A stretch of 64,000 nt of DNA from Thermoanaerobaculia bacterium. Lineage in GTDB: Bacteria; Acidobacteriota; Thermoanaerobaculia; Gp7-AA8. Of this stretch, positions 1 to 9,531 are shown in pieces. Each line of letters opens with the position of its first letter. Position 1 is the stretch's first letter. The stretch lies in assembly GCA_035630815.1 (NCBI GenBank), contig DASQJY010000028.1, forward strand, positions 264,187 to 328,186. The letters are read 5' to 3'. The notes under the pieces were generated by a model, which saw only the letters and a list, made by a program, of their open reading frames with translations, made no database searches and was not told where the DNA came from. The position numbers and the translations under genes are program-made.

Positions 1-2
1 CT

Positions 3-2096
3 CCGCTTCCGGACTTCGTCGGGCGTGATTTCGAGTTCAACGACATCGTCTCGTGGCTCAGCGGGAGTGAAGCATCGGCACCCACCTTCATCCTTCATGG
101 ACCGCCCGGCAGCGGCAAAACCGAATTGGCAATTCGCGCCGCACATGCGCTCTCCGAACAATTCTCGATTCGGCTGCTGATCGACGGCCGAGGTCTCGAT
201 CCGGTGCCGCCAAGCTCCGCGACGCTCCTACGAACGATCCTGCGCCGGTGCGGCCAGAATCCCAAAGACGACGGCGCGGCCGTTATGGACCTCGTCACCG
301 CGCTTGTACGTGCAATCGGCGAACGGCGCGCGCTGATCGTGCTCGACAACACGCACGACTCGAATCAAGTCGCAGAGCTTCGAATGCCCGCGGGCAGCGC
401 ACTCCTCATGACCGCGCGGGAACCGATCGCCTATCCCGGCGCGCGCATTCACGACATCGGCGCACTCGATCGCGAGAGCGCCCGCGGCTTCCTCATTGCC
501 GCTTCGGGCCAGGCATCGAGTCCGATTCCCGCCACATGGCGCCGGAGGCGCATCGACGGGATCGACCCTCGCGACATCGCCGTTCAATCAACTACCGTCG
601 CCGATCTCCTGGCGCAGCTCTGCGGCTTCGCGCCGATCGCACTTCGCGCTGCCGCCAACCTCCTGCGCCTCGGCGAATACGCGCCGCTCGCGCTCGCCGA
701 GCGAATGTTCGATGAACGGCACCGCCTCGATAGCATCGGCAGCGTCGGTATCCGCGCGCCGATCGCCGCGATCTTGAGCGTCGCTTACGGCCGACTGTCC
801 ACCCGCGGCGCACGCGCGGTTCGCGCGCTGGCAACGTTCCCCGCCAACTTCGATCGCGCCGTCGCGCGCGCGTTGGAAGTGGACACGGCAACTTTGGATG
901 AACTGCTTGATCGTGGATTCGTCCAACGCCGTGGCGACGATCGGCTTCTGCTACACGATCTCTACCGGCTGTACGCCCGTACGCGCGCTGAAGCGGACGA
1001 GCCCGCGGCGTTCGCGCTCGCGCGGATGATGCACGCGGCCTACGTCATCAACATGGCCGCCCACGTCGCCAAGTTGTGGCGCGAGGGTGATCCGACGGCA
1101 AACACCGCACTCTCAGCGATGGATGCGGAATGGCCGAACTTCGATGCCGCCCACGCATGGGCCATCACCTACGCTGAACGTACCGGGGACGCGGTTGCGC
1201 TGGAGGAACTCGTACTCAACCTCCGCTGGCTCCTCGTCCACCTGCGCGATGCGGAGACGCTGCTCGCGTGGTCGCAGAAAGCGCATGACATCGCGATCGC
1301 GCAGAGCCGATGGGTGGACGCGTCGCGCCACCTCGTTTCCATCGCTATCGCTCACTACCTGCGAGGCGACAGCGCCGCCGAACAAGAGGCACAGGAGCGA
1401 GGGCTTGCGCTCGCAGAGCGCGTGAACGACGAAGACCTTATCCGTGCGCATGCGGCCAACGTTGCGGTCTCCTTGGAGTACGCAGGTCGACTTTCGGAGG
1501 CGCTGGCGCTCCTCGAGCGCGTCGTAGCTCTCGACGCGAAGGCCGAAGCGTGGCGCGGCGAGCTGTCCGATCAGGTGAGCCTCGCACTCGTGGCACTCCG
1601 GCTTCGCGATTTTCGTAAAGCCGAAGCTGCGGCGCAGCGCGCCGCAGAATTCGCGCGTGAACACGGCCAGCAGCAGGAGCTGGGAAACGCGCTCGGCATT
1701 CTCGGCAACATCTACGCCGAGGAAGAGGAATGGCAGCACGCGCTGGACTACTACGACGCTGCGCTCGACGCTTTCGAGGCCAGCAGATACCACGCCGGCG
1801 AGATCGTCGTCCGCGCGTCGATCGGACGAGTCCACGTCATGCGCGGCGACAAGCGAGGCATCGACGAAATCGATGAAGCGATTCGCGCCGCGAAATCCAA
1901 ACACGACCACCGTGGTGAGTTGCACGGCCTAATAGCTCTCGGACGTACGTACGAACACTTGCGCGACTGGGCCTCGGCCGCGAAGGCGTACGACGCCGCA
2001 CTGCCGATTGCCGAGGCACTACAGGATCGCCCACGGGAAGAGCTGATCCGTGAGCGTCAGCAGCACTTGTTGCCTGGGCAGGTCACAAGCAGGTGA
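3..2096 (+). CDS. STAND-class P-loop NTPase (NB-ARC-like) with C-terminal TPR array; 5' end lies outside the window
   Basis: The frame is open from nt 3. Translation upstream of the listed TTG start reads ...FILHGPPGSGKTELAIRAAH (Walker A). RALIVLDNTHD follows (Walker-B-like), then about 350 aa of TPR-like helical repeats (e.g. LGNALGILGNIYAEEEEWQHALDYYDAAL). Confidence 0.8.
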   Translation, partial: PLPDFVGRDFEFNDIVSWLSGSEASAPTFILHGPPGSGKTELAIRAAHALSEQFSIRLLIDGRGLDPVPPSSATLLRTILRRCGQNPKDDGAAVMDLVTALVRAIGERRALIVLDNTHDSNQVAELRMPAGSALLMTAREPIAYPGARIHDIGALDRESARGFLIAASGQASSPIPATWRRRRIDGIDPRDIAVQSTTVADLLAQLCGFAPIALRAAANLLRLGEYAPLALAERMFDERHRLDSIGSVGIRAPIAAILSVAYGRLSTRGARAVRALATFPANFDRAVARALEVDTATLDELLDRGFVQRRGDDRLLLHDLYRLYARTRAEADEPAAFALARMMHAAYVINMAAHVAKLWREGDPTANTALSAMDAEWPNFDAAHAWAITYAERTGDAVALEELVLNLRWLLVHLRDAETLLAWSQKAHDIAIAQSRWVDASRHLVSIAIAHYLRGDSAAEQEAQERGLALAERVNDEDLIRAHAANVAVSLEYAGRLSEALALLERVVALDAKAEAWRGELSDQVSLALVALRLRDFRKAEAAAQRAAEFAREHGQQQELGNALGILGNIYAEEEEWQHALDYYDAALDAFEASRYHAGEIVVRASIGRVHVMRGDKRGIDEIDEAIRAAKSKHDHRGELHGLIALGRTYEHLRDWASAAKAYDAALPIAEALQDRPREELIRERQQHLLPGQVTSR

Positions 2097-2282
2097 ATCG
2101 GCAATTCGCTTCCGCGTTCGAGCACATAAATTGAATGAAGTTGCTGTGAAAGGTCCTACGGCGACTGGCCGAAGTCGCAAACCGGGCCATACCAAGCTTC
2201 CGCGGGAAGAAACGGACACTTACCTGCGCGTCTGTGCGGCGGCGCTTCTTGCTCGCATTGCGGAATAATTCGTCTTCGAGGC

Positions 2283-2495
2283 ATGTCGCTCTTGACGACA
2301 TTTGGAGGCATCATGTCAGACCACGAATCCGAAACGCCCACTCCGGCGCAGATCGGGGTTGGATATCTAGCTGGCAGTCTTCTGCCTGCTCTAACGGTCC
2401 TGGCGATAGGAGCAGTGCCTACGCTGATCTTGGCCGTTGCTGCGCAGGCTGCGATCTTCATCGCGGTAAACAGCGACGGTAAAGGCGAGAAGTAG
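2283..2495 (+). CDS. small hypothetical membrane protein
   Basis: 70-aa ORF with one long hydrophobic stretch (GYLAGSLLPALTVLAIGAVPTLILAVAAQAAIFIAV). No other support. Confidence 0.3.
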   Translation: MSLLTTFGGIMSDHESETPTPAQIGVGYLAGSLLPALTVLAIGAVPTLILAVAAQAAIFIAVNSDGKGEK

Positions 2496-2867
2496 CCCTG
2501 ACATTAGCTAGCGCTAGCGGCAGTCTCCACAAACTTTCCGGATCTGCAGGAAGAAAGCTACTGTTACGTGAGCTGAGTATTTCGCCTTCCAGCTAGCCGG
2601 CAGCGGCCTAATTTCGCGTTCAAGCCGACAGCGGGCCGGCCCGTGCACCAGCTCGGCGCTGAAGCGTTTCGGCTCATCCCACCGCGCATGGCGTCATGCC
2701 GCTTGCATCCGCGTCGACGTGTCAAATGCGGCTGAGCGGCACGCCGCTCTGCCGCAGCGAGGCACGGGGTCGCTGCGGCTTCACGTCGAATGTTCGACAA
2801 CACCAGGCAAAGATCCACGGTCGTTCTGCCCCCACGAGTCGCGGTACGCGACGCATCTTTGGTGAAT

Positions 2868-3845
2868 TCATCGAAATGTCTCGACTAGCTGCAAAACCTT
2901 CTGCGCACATCCCCATGAGAGCGACACGCCGCAGCCTCCGTGTCCATAATTGTGCACGACAAGCCGACCGTCGCCCAGTCGCTCCGCTTGAAGCCGGACT
3001 CCCGCTTTGCGTGCTGGCCGAATTCCTACAGGTTCTGCGAGGACGCTTGGTGAACGTTGAAGATTCAGCATCTTCGAACATCTAGCGACAATTTCCCTAG
3101 TCAGCTCGTGATTCGGCGCGATGTCCTCGCTCGTTTCGTTGACGCCGCCGAACACGCAGTCGTTCTCCCGCGGGATGACGTATGTAAGGGGCTTGTCGAG
3201 AGCGAAGGCTGGCACATGGGCGAGCTTCTCGACCACTGCGACCTGTCCCCTGTGCGCTATCATCTCATCGTCCACAACCAGCGCGCGGGCACCATAACCC
3301 GAGCAGTTGACAACCACCGGAAAGTCAGCCGGTATCTCCGTCAGCGCATTCAATGACACGCAGCGGAACAACTCATCGGTGAGTTTGGTACGCTTCTCAA
3401 GATACCGCAGGTAGCGTGTCGTATCCATGAGTGGCACCCGCACCTGAAAGGCGCTGAGATAGGGTGAGTCTTTTGAGGGCTGAAGACGCCGGTATCCGAT
3501 ACTCTCAGCCCACTCCGGCACATGGACATCGTCGTGCGCTGAACGATATTCGAAATCGATCATCGATACGCCGGTATCCGGAACGCGCGCGAGTTCCGCG
3601 AACCGGCCGTAGCTAAGTAATCCCCAGGCGGCAACGAGCGGTTCGGGTTCGGCATCGTACGGGAACCATACTGCGGCGCCGACGGAGGAGGTCGTGTTCG
3701 ATGTACGGTTGGAGGAGAAAATCACCGGTGCGTAACCACCATGCTCGATGAGTACCACCGCTGTCGTCAGGCCGACCACACCTGCTCCAACAATAGCCAC
3801 AGGCAGAGCTTCAGACATACGGCGATTGTCTCCCTGTAAGCGCAT
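2868..3845 (-). CDS. D-amino-acid oxidase-like FAD-dependent oxidoreductase
   Basis: N-terminal dinucleotide-binding motif VAIVGAGVVGLTTA. C-terminal HNYGHGGCGVSLSWGCA signature typical of the DAAO family. ATGA stop/start overlap with the upstream gene (alternative ATG at 3818). Confidence 0.85.
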   Translation of the reverse strand: MRLQGDNRRMSEALPVAIVGAGVVGLTTAVVLIEHGGYAPVIFSSNRTSNTTSSVGAAVWFPYDAEPEPLVAAWGLLSYGRFAELARVPDTGVSMIDFEYRSAHDDVHVPEWAESIGYRRLQPSKDSPYLSAFQVRVPLMDTTRYLRYLEKRTKLTDELFRCVSLNALTEIPADFPVVVNCSGYGARALVVDDEMIAHRGQVAVVEKLAHVPAFALDKPLTYVIPRENDCVFGGVNETSEDIAPNHELTREIVARCSKMLNLQRSPSVLAEPVGIRPARKAGVRLQAERLGDGRLVVHNYGHGGCGVSLSWGCAQKVLQLVETFR

Positions 3846-5464
3846 CAGCGCCTTGCCGACTCCGTGAGAGCATGTTCAAAAACATCCTGCAACTCCCCGA
3901 ACGGCTCGATCCCGACAGAAATGCGTAGCATCCGGTCGTACTGGGCAAAGCGATCGAACACGCGCCCGGCCGGAATGAACGTCGTTGACAGATCCCCAAG
4001 GGTGATCCGGCATTCAAAGCCACCCTCGGCCAACGCATCCATGAAACGGTCGAGATCCTGAGACTCAGCGAGCTCGATCGCGATCATCGATCCGAAACAC
4101 CTCTCATTCCGTTTGAACTGTTTCAGAGCGGTTTTGTGGTTCGCATGGCAGACCAACCCCGGATAAATGACCCGATTCATCTTACCGTGCAGGAACTCCG
4201 CGAGACGCAGCGCGTTCGCATTGGCGGCTGAGGCCCGGACGAGAAACGTGTCGGCTTGCTGAGCCAGCTCAAAAGCATCTCGCGGACTCAGAACGTTGCC
4301 AATCGTCTTCCGATGGTCTAGCACCGCTGCTCTATAGGTGGATTGCTCTGTGCCGCCGTCACGCATGCGCGGTGCGCCCTCTCCGCCGTCATTCCGCCCG
4401 CACACGATACCAGCAGTGATGTTTCCGTGCCCGCTGAGAGACTTAGTCACGCTGTGAACCACGAGATCTGCGCCGTACTCCAGCGGACTACAAAGCAGCG
4501 GAGTAGCGAAGGTGTTGTCGACGATCACCTTCGCGCCGACGCCGTGCGCCGCGCTTATGACTTCGTCCATGTCGAGGACGCATAGCGACGGGTTAGTGAT
4601 TGGCTCGAAGAACACAACTTCGGGCCTTTTGGACTTGATATCCTTTACGAAGTCATCGGTCACCCCCTCGTAGGGAAGGAGGGGGAGGGGGGACGGGTAA
4701 ACATTGAGTCCCCGGCGATACTTCAACACTTCGTCGAAATACTTCAGGGTGCCGCCGTATAGCTCGGACGTATACATCCAGACGCCGTTCGTTGGGGAAC
4801 CGCTCTTCTGCAGGATAGATAGCGCGCAGTCGATCGCGGCCATGCCGGACGACGTTAACGCGGCCCAGGCATTTTCGTACTCCAACCCCGCCAGCAACTC
4901 TTCCGTGACGGCCACGGTCGGATGCCAGTAACGGCTATAGACGAAGCATCCCGACGAACCGGCCAGTCGTTGTTCCGCGGCAAATATCGAGGCAACGCCG
5001 GCGCGTTGGTCGTGATCGAGGGCTCCGGTAGTGGATGGATCGAGCGTCCGTGAATTTTGTGCTTGGTGGCTTGTCATGCGATTCCTCACTTTGTAACGCG
5101 GCGGAGAAGCCGGATTGCGTACGACAATCCTCGACTCCTCCACGAGAACGGCCGGCTCCTCCCATGGATGGTTCGCTCGGGGCGAGATGCCCAGCGTCAT
5201 GACGCGGTCGAGAATCGCGACATCGCGAGGAATGACGAACTCCAACCGCACCGACGGTGCTTGTTTCACTTCGCCCGCCGCTCCGAGGCTCGGGTTGCTT
5301 CCGGGCAGGGGCTTGAACTGTTCGGTGCCGGTCGCCGACCACCACGCAACTTGCTCATACCGCCCATACCGGAGTGGCACGGTGCGGGCGATCGCTTCGA
5401 CGAGTCCCTTTAGCGCATCGGGTGGGACGAACGTCGTAACGTGGTAGACGTCTTCGTAGTGCAT
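3845..5464 (-). CDS. fusion protein: N-terminal PII-like/NIF3-insert (COG3323-like) domain + Cys/Met-metabolism PLP-dependent enzyme (gamma-lyase/gamma-synthase family)
   Basis: Residues ~1-125 (HYEDVYHVTTFVPPDAL...YGRYEQVAWWSATGTEQFKPLPGSNPSLGAAGEV...HPWEEPAV) match the pattern of stand-alone COG3323 proteins. The C-terminal ~370 aa carry SGMAAI, VDNTFATP and the PLP-lysine motif HSVTKSLSGHGN. Confidence 0.85.
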   Translation of the reverse strand: MHYEDVYHVTTFVPPDALKGLVEAIARTVPLRYGRYEQVAWWSATGTEQFKPLPGSNPSLGAAGEVKQAPSVRLEFVIPRDVAILDRVMTLGISPRANHPWEEPAVLVEESRIVVRNPASPPRYKVRNRMTSHQAQNSRTLDPSTTGALDHDQRAGVASIFAAEQRLAGSSGCFVYSRYWHPTVAVTEELLAGLEYENAWAALTSSGMAAIDCALSILQKSGSPTNGVWMYTSELYGGTLKYFDEVLKYRRGLNVYPSPLPLLPYEGVTDDFVKDIKSKRPEVVFFEPITNPSLCVLDMDEVISAAHGVGAKVIVDNTFATPLLCSPLEYGADLVVHSVTKSLSGHGNITAGIVCGRNDGGEGAPRMRDGGTEQSTYRAAVLDHRKTIGNVLSPRDAFELAQQADTFLVRASAANANALRLAEFLHGKMNRVIYPGLVCHANHKTALKQFKRNERCFGSMIAIELAESQDLDRFMDALAEGGFECRITLGDLSTTFIPAGRVFDRFAQYDRMLRISVGIEPFGELQDVFEHALTESARR

Positions 5465-5841
5465 TAGTTGTCCAGGCGCATGATTTCATGCGCGACAATC
5501 CAGACCTCTTCTTCCGGGTGGTCGGCGTATTTCTCATAGAGCTTGCGGATCGTGGTGCGCAGCTTTTCCGCGACGGTACTGGCGTCGTCCCTTACGCTTT
5601 CGTCGACCAGCCAATCGATCATACAGACAACGATATGGTCAGGCACCCAGCTTCTCGGTTTTTTCTGCGAATACCAACCACCGCCGAAAGCAGTCGGCCA
5701 GACGCTGCTGTGCGTGAAACCACCGCAATGGCGGTTTACTGCCTTTTTTCTGAGATAGCCGAAGACCTTGTGGACGACAAACGCCTGCCGAGCGTTGTTG
5801 TTCGGCAGGTGACAGATGATGCGAATCCGGGTCTCAGCCAC
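5464..5841 (-). CDS. hypothetical protein (start assigned to the in-frame GTG at 5841)
   Basis: Its stop and the downstream PLP gene start share one base (5464). The GTG start lies 4 nt after the TAG of the upstream small ORF. No motif recognised. Confidence 0.45.
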   Translation of the reverse strand: MAETRIRIICHLPNNNARQAFVVHKVFGYLRKKAVNRHCGGFTHSSVWPTAFGGGWYSQKKPRSWVPDHIVVCMIDWLVDESVRDDASTVAEKLRTTIRKLYEKYADHPEEEVWIVAHEIMRLDN

Positions 5842-5845
5842 AGCT

Positions 5846-6133
5846 CTAATCCCCGACCGATGCAGGCCTCCGCCGCCGGGCGACAGGAGATTCCGCCTGC
5901 GCAATCACACTACCCTTTCGGCATCGGATTCCTTTCAGATGAGGCACCGCTTCGGCCGGCAGGATCATCGTCCGCTCCGCCGCGATGTCACGCGGTACTC
6001 CGAACAGAGGGTGACGCCGGTCCCACATCCGCTCGAGTGCCTGCATCAATTCCGCGTCGGACGGAAATGTGATGGCTCGGAGCTGGTCGTCGGGGTACTG
6101 ATAAAGAGTCATGTGCCACAAAAGTTCATTCAT
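5846..6133 (-). CDS. hypothetical small protein
   Basis: 95-aa ORF co-directional with and tightly spaced from its neighbours. Protein-like composition (MTLYQYPDDQLRAITFPSDAELMQALERMW...). No motif. Confidence 0.35.
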   Translation of the reverse strand: MNELLWHMTLYQYPDDQLRAITFPSDAELMQALERMWDRRHPLFGVPRDIAAERTMILPAEAVPHLKGIRCRKGSVIAQAESPVARRRRPASVGD

Positions 6134-6153
6134 ACGAATGCCCCCGCAAGCCT

Positions 6154-7269
6154 CTATAAACCCTCATCGCGGACATTTCTGCCCATCCTATCGAGGATAA
6201 TAGCGCCGATTTGATCCACATATACAGCGTCAAAGAACCATGATTCGCAATAGTCGTAGTCGTAATACCTGTCGGAGGGGTTGGACAGCCGATCAGCCTT
6301 AAGCTGGCTCTTCGTGCCGTTCTTCTGATGCTTGAAGTCTTCGTCCGAACCGGACTCGTCCCATAATTTTTTGAAATCACTTCTGAATTTCGCTATGCCT
6401 AGCCGCTGTTGAGCCGTATTGCCGATAAAGACTCTCTCTTCTGCTATGCTCCGCTTTTCGTCCTTGAACGGAATTGGGGTGTATACGATATCCACTCCTT
6501 CAATTTGGTAAAGGCCGAAGTCGTAGTATGCGCTCGCTGGCACGCTTGCTTTTGCTATATATCGGCACTCGATAACACCTTGGATCCGTGTATGGATTTT
6601 TGCGACGTCATATGCGTACTGCACGACACGGCGAGCGCTTTCAGTGGATGGTGGTATCGCCGACAGTTCTTTGAACTCGGCACCGTTGAGCTGGGCGTCG
6701 TCGAAGATTCTCTTCGTATCGAATAGGAAAAGCAGCAGCAGGGTCCTGTCGAAAAATACTATCCGGCGTTTGTCACTGGCTGTCGCGGCCCTGTCGTTGA
6801 TGTTCGTCAGATAAGTATTCCATGGTTTGCTGAAAGTCAGGCGTTGCTCGCGACCGTGTCCAGCATCGAGCGGCGGAATCAGGAAGCCCGCGAATTCTTT
6901 GAGCTCGACGTCCTCCCGGATGAAGAAATGATATGTGGGCGTTTCGCCATCCTCCTGTGCGCTCGCATTGTTGCTCTGCGTGCTGGGCACTCGCTTCTCC
7001 TTGGGTGGTTTTGGATGTGGTCGCCTGTAATAAGCTCGTTTGCCGTTGGCAGGAAACTTGACGTAAGGTGGATCAGCTACCTGTAATGCCGCTTCAAATT
7101 CCTTGACGCGCTTAGTCCTGCTGAATCGCTTGAAAGCCCAGTCGTAAAGCCTTCCAAAAAGCCGAGAGTGGTGAGCGCGATTGGCGATGACGGAAGCTAT
7201 GACACCGAGAATAAATGTGATCAGGGTGTTGAGTACATAGAAGGTCGTTGGATCTGTGTAGTCACTCAC
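6154..7269 (-). CDS. hypothetical membrane-anchored protein (AT-richer orphan)
   Basis: The 371-aa ORF is the only long ORF here. N-terminal TM helix (FYVLNTLITFILGVIASVIAN). The GTG start overlaps the metG stop by 8 nt. By eye the DNA is clearly AT-richer than its flanks. Confidence 0.6.
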   Translation of the reverse strand: MSDYTDPTTFYVLNTLITFILGVIASVIANRAHHSRLFGRLYDWAFKRFSRTKRVKEFEAALQVADPPYVKFPANGKRAYYRRPHPKPPKEKRVPSTQSNNASAQEDGETPTYHFFIREDVELKEFAGFLIPPLDAGHGREQRLTFSKPWNTYLTNINDRAATASDKRRIVFFDRTLLLLFLFDTKRIFDDAQLNGAEFKELSAIPPSTESARRVVQYAYDVAKIHTRIQGVIECRYIAKASVPASAYYDFGLYQIEGVDIVYTPIPFKDEKRSIAEERVFIGNTAQQRLGIAKFRSDFKKLWDESGSDEDFKHQKNGTKSQLKADRLSNPSDRYYDYDYCESWFFDAVYVDQIGAIILDRMGRNVRDEGL

Positions 7270-9241
7270 GGCCCGATATCTCTCGTTTTTCCATCTGTTC
7301 AGTTATTGCTGGAACAACGATGCCCATCCTCGCGTCAACGGCAGCCAGCAGCATCCCTTCAGAGAGATCTCCCGCCAGTTGCTTCGGCTTGAGATTCGCC
7401 AACACCAAGACCACCTGTCCGACCAAATGCTGAAACTCGTCGGGAGTTCCGAGGTGGGCAATAACGACCCGATCACCCTCCAGCCGCAGTCGCAGATAGC
7501 CAGGTTTGCCAGACGTCGGCGTCTCTACCGAAATGACTCGAAGAGCCCTGAATTCGCAGGCCCCAACGGAATCCATGGTCAATTCGATCGGGTCGGCCGT
7601 CCCCTTGAGTGTTTCCTTCGACGCCTCGACCAGCGCCTTTACTAGCTCGGGGTCGACGCGGTCGATCAGTCTCTCGTAAGGCTTGACCGGTCGCTCCTCG
7701 AGATCCTCGGCGATGCGATCCCAGCTGAGATTTGGGATGTCGAACATGCGCGCCACGGCGCGGCCCCACTCGGGAAGAATGGGCTGTAGGAGTGTCGCCA
7801 GGATGCGAAATGCATTCAGCGCTGCTGTGCACACGGCGGCGGCGGAGTCGGTATCGGTTTTCGCGAGCTGCCACGGCGCGCGGTCCTGCAGGTATGCGTT
7901 CACCTCGTCGGCGGACTCCGCGAGATGGCGTACGACCTGATTGAATTCGCGTTTTTCATACAGTCCGCTGACGGAGGTGCAGCGTTGGCGCACGCTCGTC
8001 ACCAGCGCCCGTCCATCAGCGTCGAGACGGCCTAGCCTTCCGCCGCAACTCTTGTGCAGAACGGCCAGCGTCCGGCTGGGGATGTTGGCCAGCTTTCCGA
8101 CCAAGTCGCTGTTGACCCGCTGGATGAAATCGTCGAAGTTCAGGTCGAGGTCTTCGACCTTTGCGTTCAGCTTGGTTGCGTAGTAGTAGCGCAGATACTG
8201 AGGATCGAGATGCTCAAGGTATGCGGACGCATTGATGAAGGTCCCGCGCGTCTTGGACATCTTCTCGCCGTCCACCGTGAGAAACCCATGCACTGCGAGT
8301 TCCGTCGGTGTACGGAAGCCCGAACCCATGAGTGTGGCTGGCCAGAAGAGAGCGTGAAAATAGGTGATGTCTTTCCCGATGATATGCACGACTTCCGCTT
8401 CATCGCTGCGCCGCCAGTACGACCCGAAGTCCACGTCGCGCGCCCGGCACCAGGCCAGCGTCGTGGCCATGTATCCGATGGGCGCATCGAGCCAGACATA
8501 GAAATACTTACCGGGATAATCCGGAATCTCGAACCCGAAGTAAGGGGCGTCACGGGAGATATCCCAGTCCTGAAGCCCGGATTCGAACCACTCCTGGAGC
8601 TTGTTCGCCACCTCCTCCTGCACATGGCCGGAAGTCAGCCAGGCGCGAAGCCGGTCGGTAAAGTCGCTGAGCCGAAAGAAGAGGTGCGTCGACTTGCGCC
8701 ACTCCGGGTTCGCATGACAGCGCGCGCAATAAGGGGCGATCAGGTCGCGAGGCGTGTACGTCTTCGAGCAGACTTCGCACGAATCGCCATATTGATCACC
8801 GGCGCCGCAGTTCGGGCATTTGCCGCGAATGTAGCGGTCGGGAAGGAACATCGCGTCGTTTGGGCAGTAGGCCTGCTCGATCTCGCCGGTGACGATGTGC
8901 CCATTCGCTTTTAGCGACCGGTACATCTCCTCCGACAACTCGCGGTTCTCGGGAGAGTGGGTGCTGTGATAGAGGTCGAATTCGACTCCGAAGCCGGCAA
9001 AATCACGCCGGTGCTCGTGCCAGACGCGGGCGATGAGCTCCTCCGGCGTGGTCGATTCCGTCCATGCCCGCAGCATGATCGGCGTTCCGTGCGTGTCGTC
9101 GGCGCAGAAGTAGACGACATCGCGGCCGCGCAATCTCCAGTAGCGGACCCAAATGTCGGCCTGGATATATTCGACGAGATGGCCGATATGAATCGGGCCG
9201 TTCGCATATGGGAGTGCGCAGGTTACCAGCAGCTTCTTCAT
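7262..9241 (-). CDS. metG: methionyl-tRNA synthetase with C-terminal tRNA-binding (EMAPII/Trbp111-like) domain
   Basis: ALPYANGPIHIGHL (HIGH motif), KMSKT, zinc knuckle CPNCG...CEVC. C-terminal LVLANLKPKQLAGDLSEGMLLAA OB-fold motif. Confidence 0.97.
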   Translation of the reverse strand: MKKLLVTCALPYANGPIHIGHLVEYIQADIWVRYWRLRGRDVVYFCADDTHGTPIMLRAWTESTTPEELIARVWHEHRRDFAGFGVEFDLYHSTHSPENRELSEEMYRSLKANGHIVTGEIEQAYCPNDAMFLPDRYIRGKCPNCGAGDQYGDSCEVCSKTYTPRDLIAPYCARCHANPEWRKSTHLFFRLSDFTDRLRAWLTSGHVQEEVANKLQEWFESGLQDWDISRDAPYFGFEIPDYPGKYFYVWLDAPIGYMATTLAWCRARDVDFGSYWRRSDEAEVVHIIGKDITYFHALFWPATLMGSGFRTPTELAVHGFLTVDGEKMSKTRGTFINASAYLEHLDPQYLRYYYATKLNAKVEDLDLNFDDFIQRVNSDLVGKLANIPSRTLAVLHKSCGGRLGRLDADGRALVTSVRQRCTSVSGLYEKREFNQVVRHLAESADEVNAYLQDRAPWQLAKTDTDSAAAVCTAALNAFRILATLLQPILPEWGRAVARMFDIPNLSWDRIAEDLEERPVKPYERLIDRVDPELVKALVEASKETLKGTADPIELTMDSVGACEFRALRVISVETPTSGKPGYLRLRLEGDRVVIAHLGTPDEFQHLVGQVVLVLANLKPKQLAGDLSEGMLLAAVDARMGIVVPAITEQMEKREISGRE

Positions 9242-9531
9242 GACACGCGGCTCCCATCGGCAAGACCGACATCCTCGGACAGCGCCGCGATGACGAACCC
9301 CGTGTGTTTCGCACCACTAACGGCTAGAGGATGCAGTCCGACCGCAACCACCACGCGAGAGCCCGCCGCGAGCCGCGCGGCAGTGCTCGCGGGCAGCAGT
9401 GCCGCAACCCGTTCGCCCGCTTCAATGTTAGCCGCCACGAGATCCATGGAATCGAGGCGCTGGACCTCGACAACGGTTCCGATTCGAAGATCGAGATGCT
9501 GGAAATCGCCGAGCTCGATGAGAGGCTTCAT
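9238..9531 (-). CDS. stand-alone tRNA-binding OB-fold domain protein (CsaA/Trbp111-like)
   Basis: 97 aa. IELGDFQHLDLRIGTVVEV... resembles the N-terminal signature of the EMAPII/CsaA tRNA-binding domain. 4-nt overlaps with both neighbours. Confidence 0.7.
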   Translation of the reverse strand: MKPLIELGDFQHLDLRIGTVVEVQRLDSMDLVAANIEAGERVAALLPASTAARLAAGSRVVVAVGLHPLAVSGAKHTGFVIAALSEDVGLADGSRVS

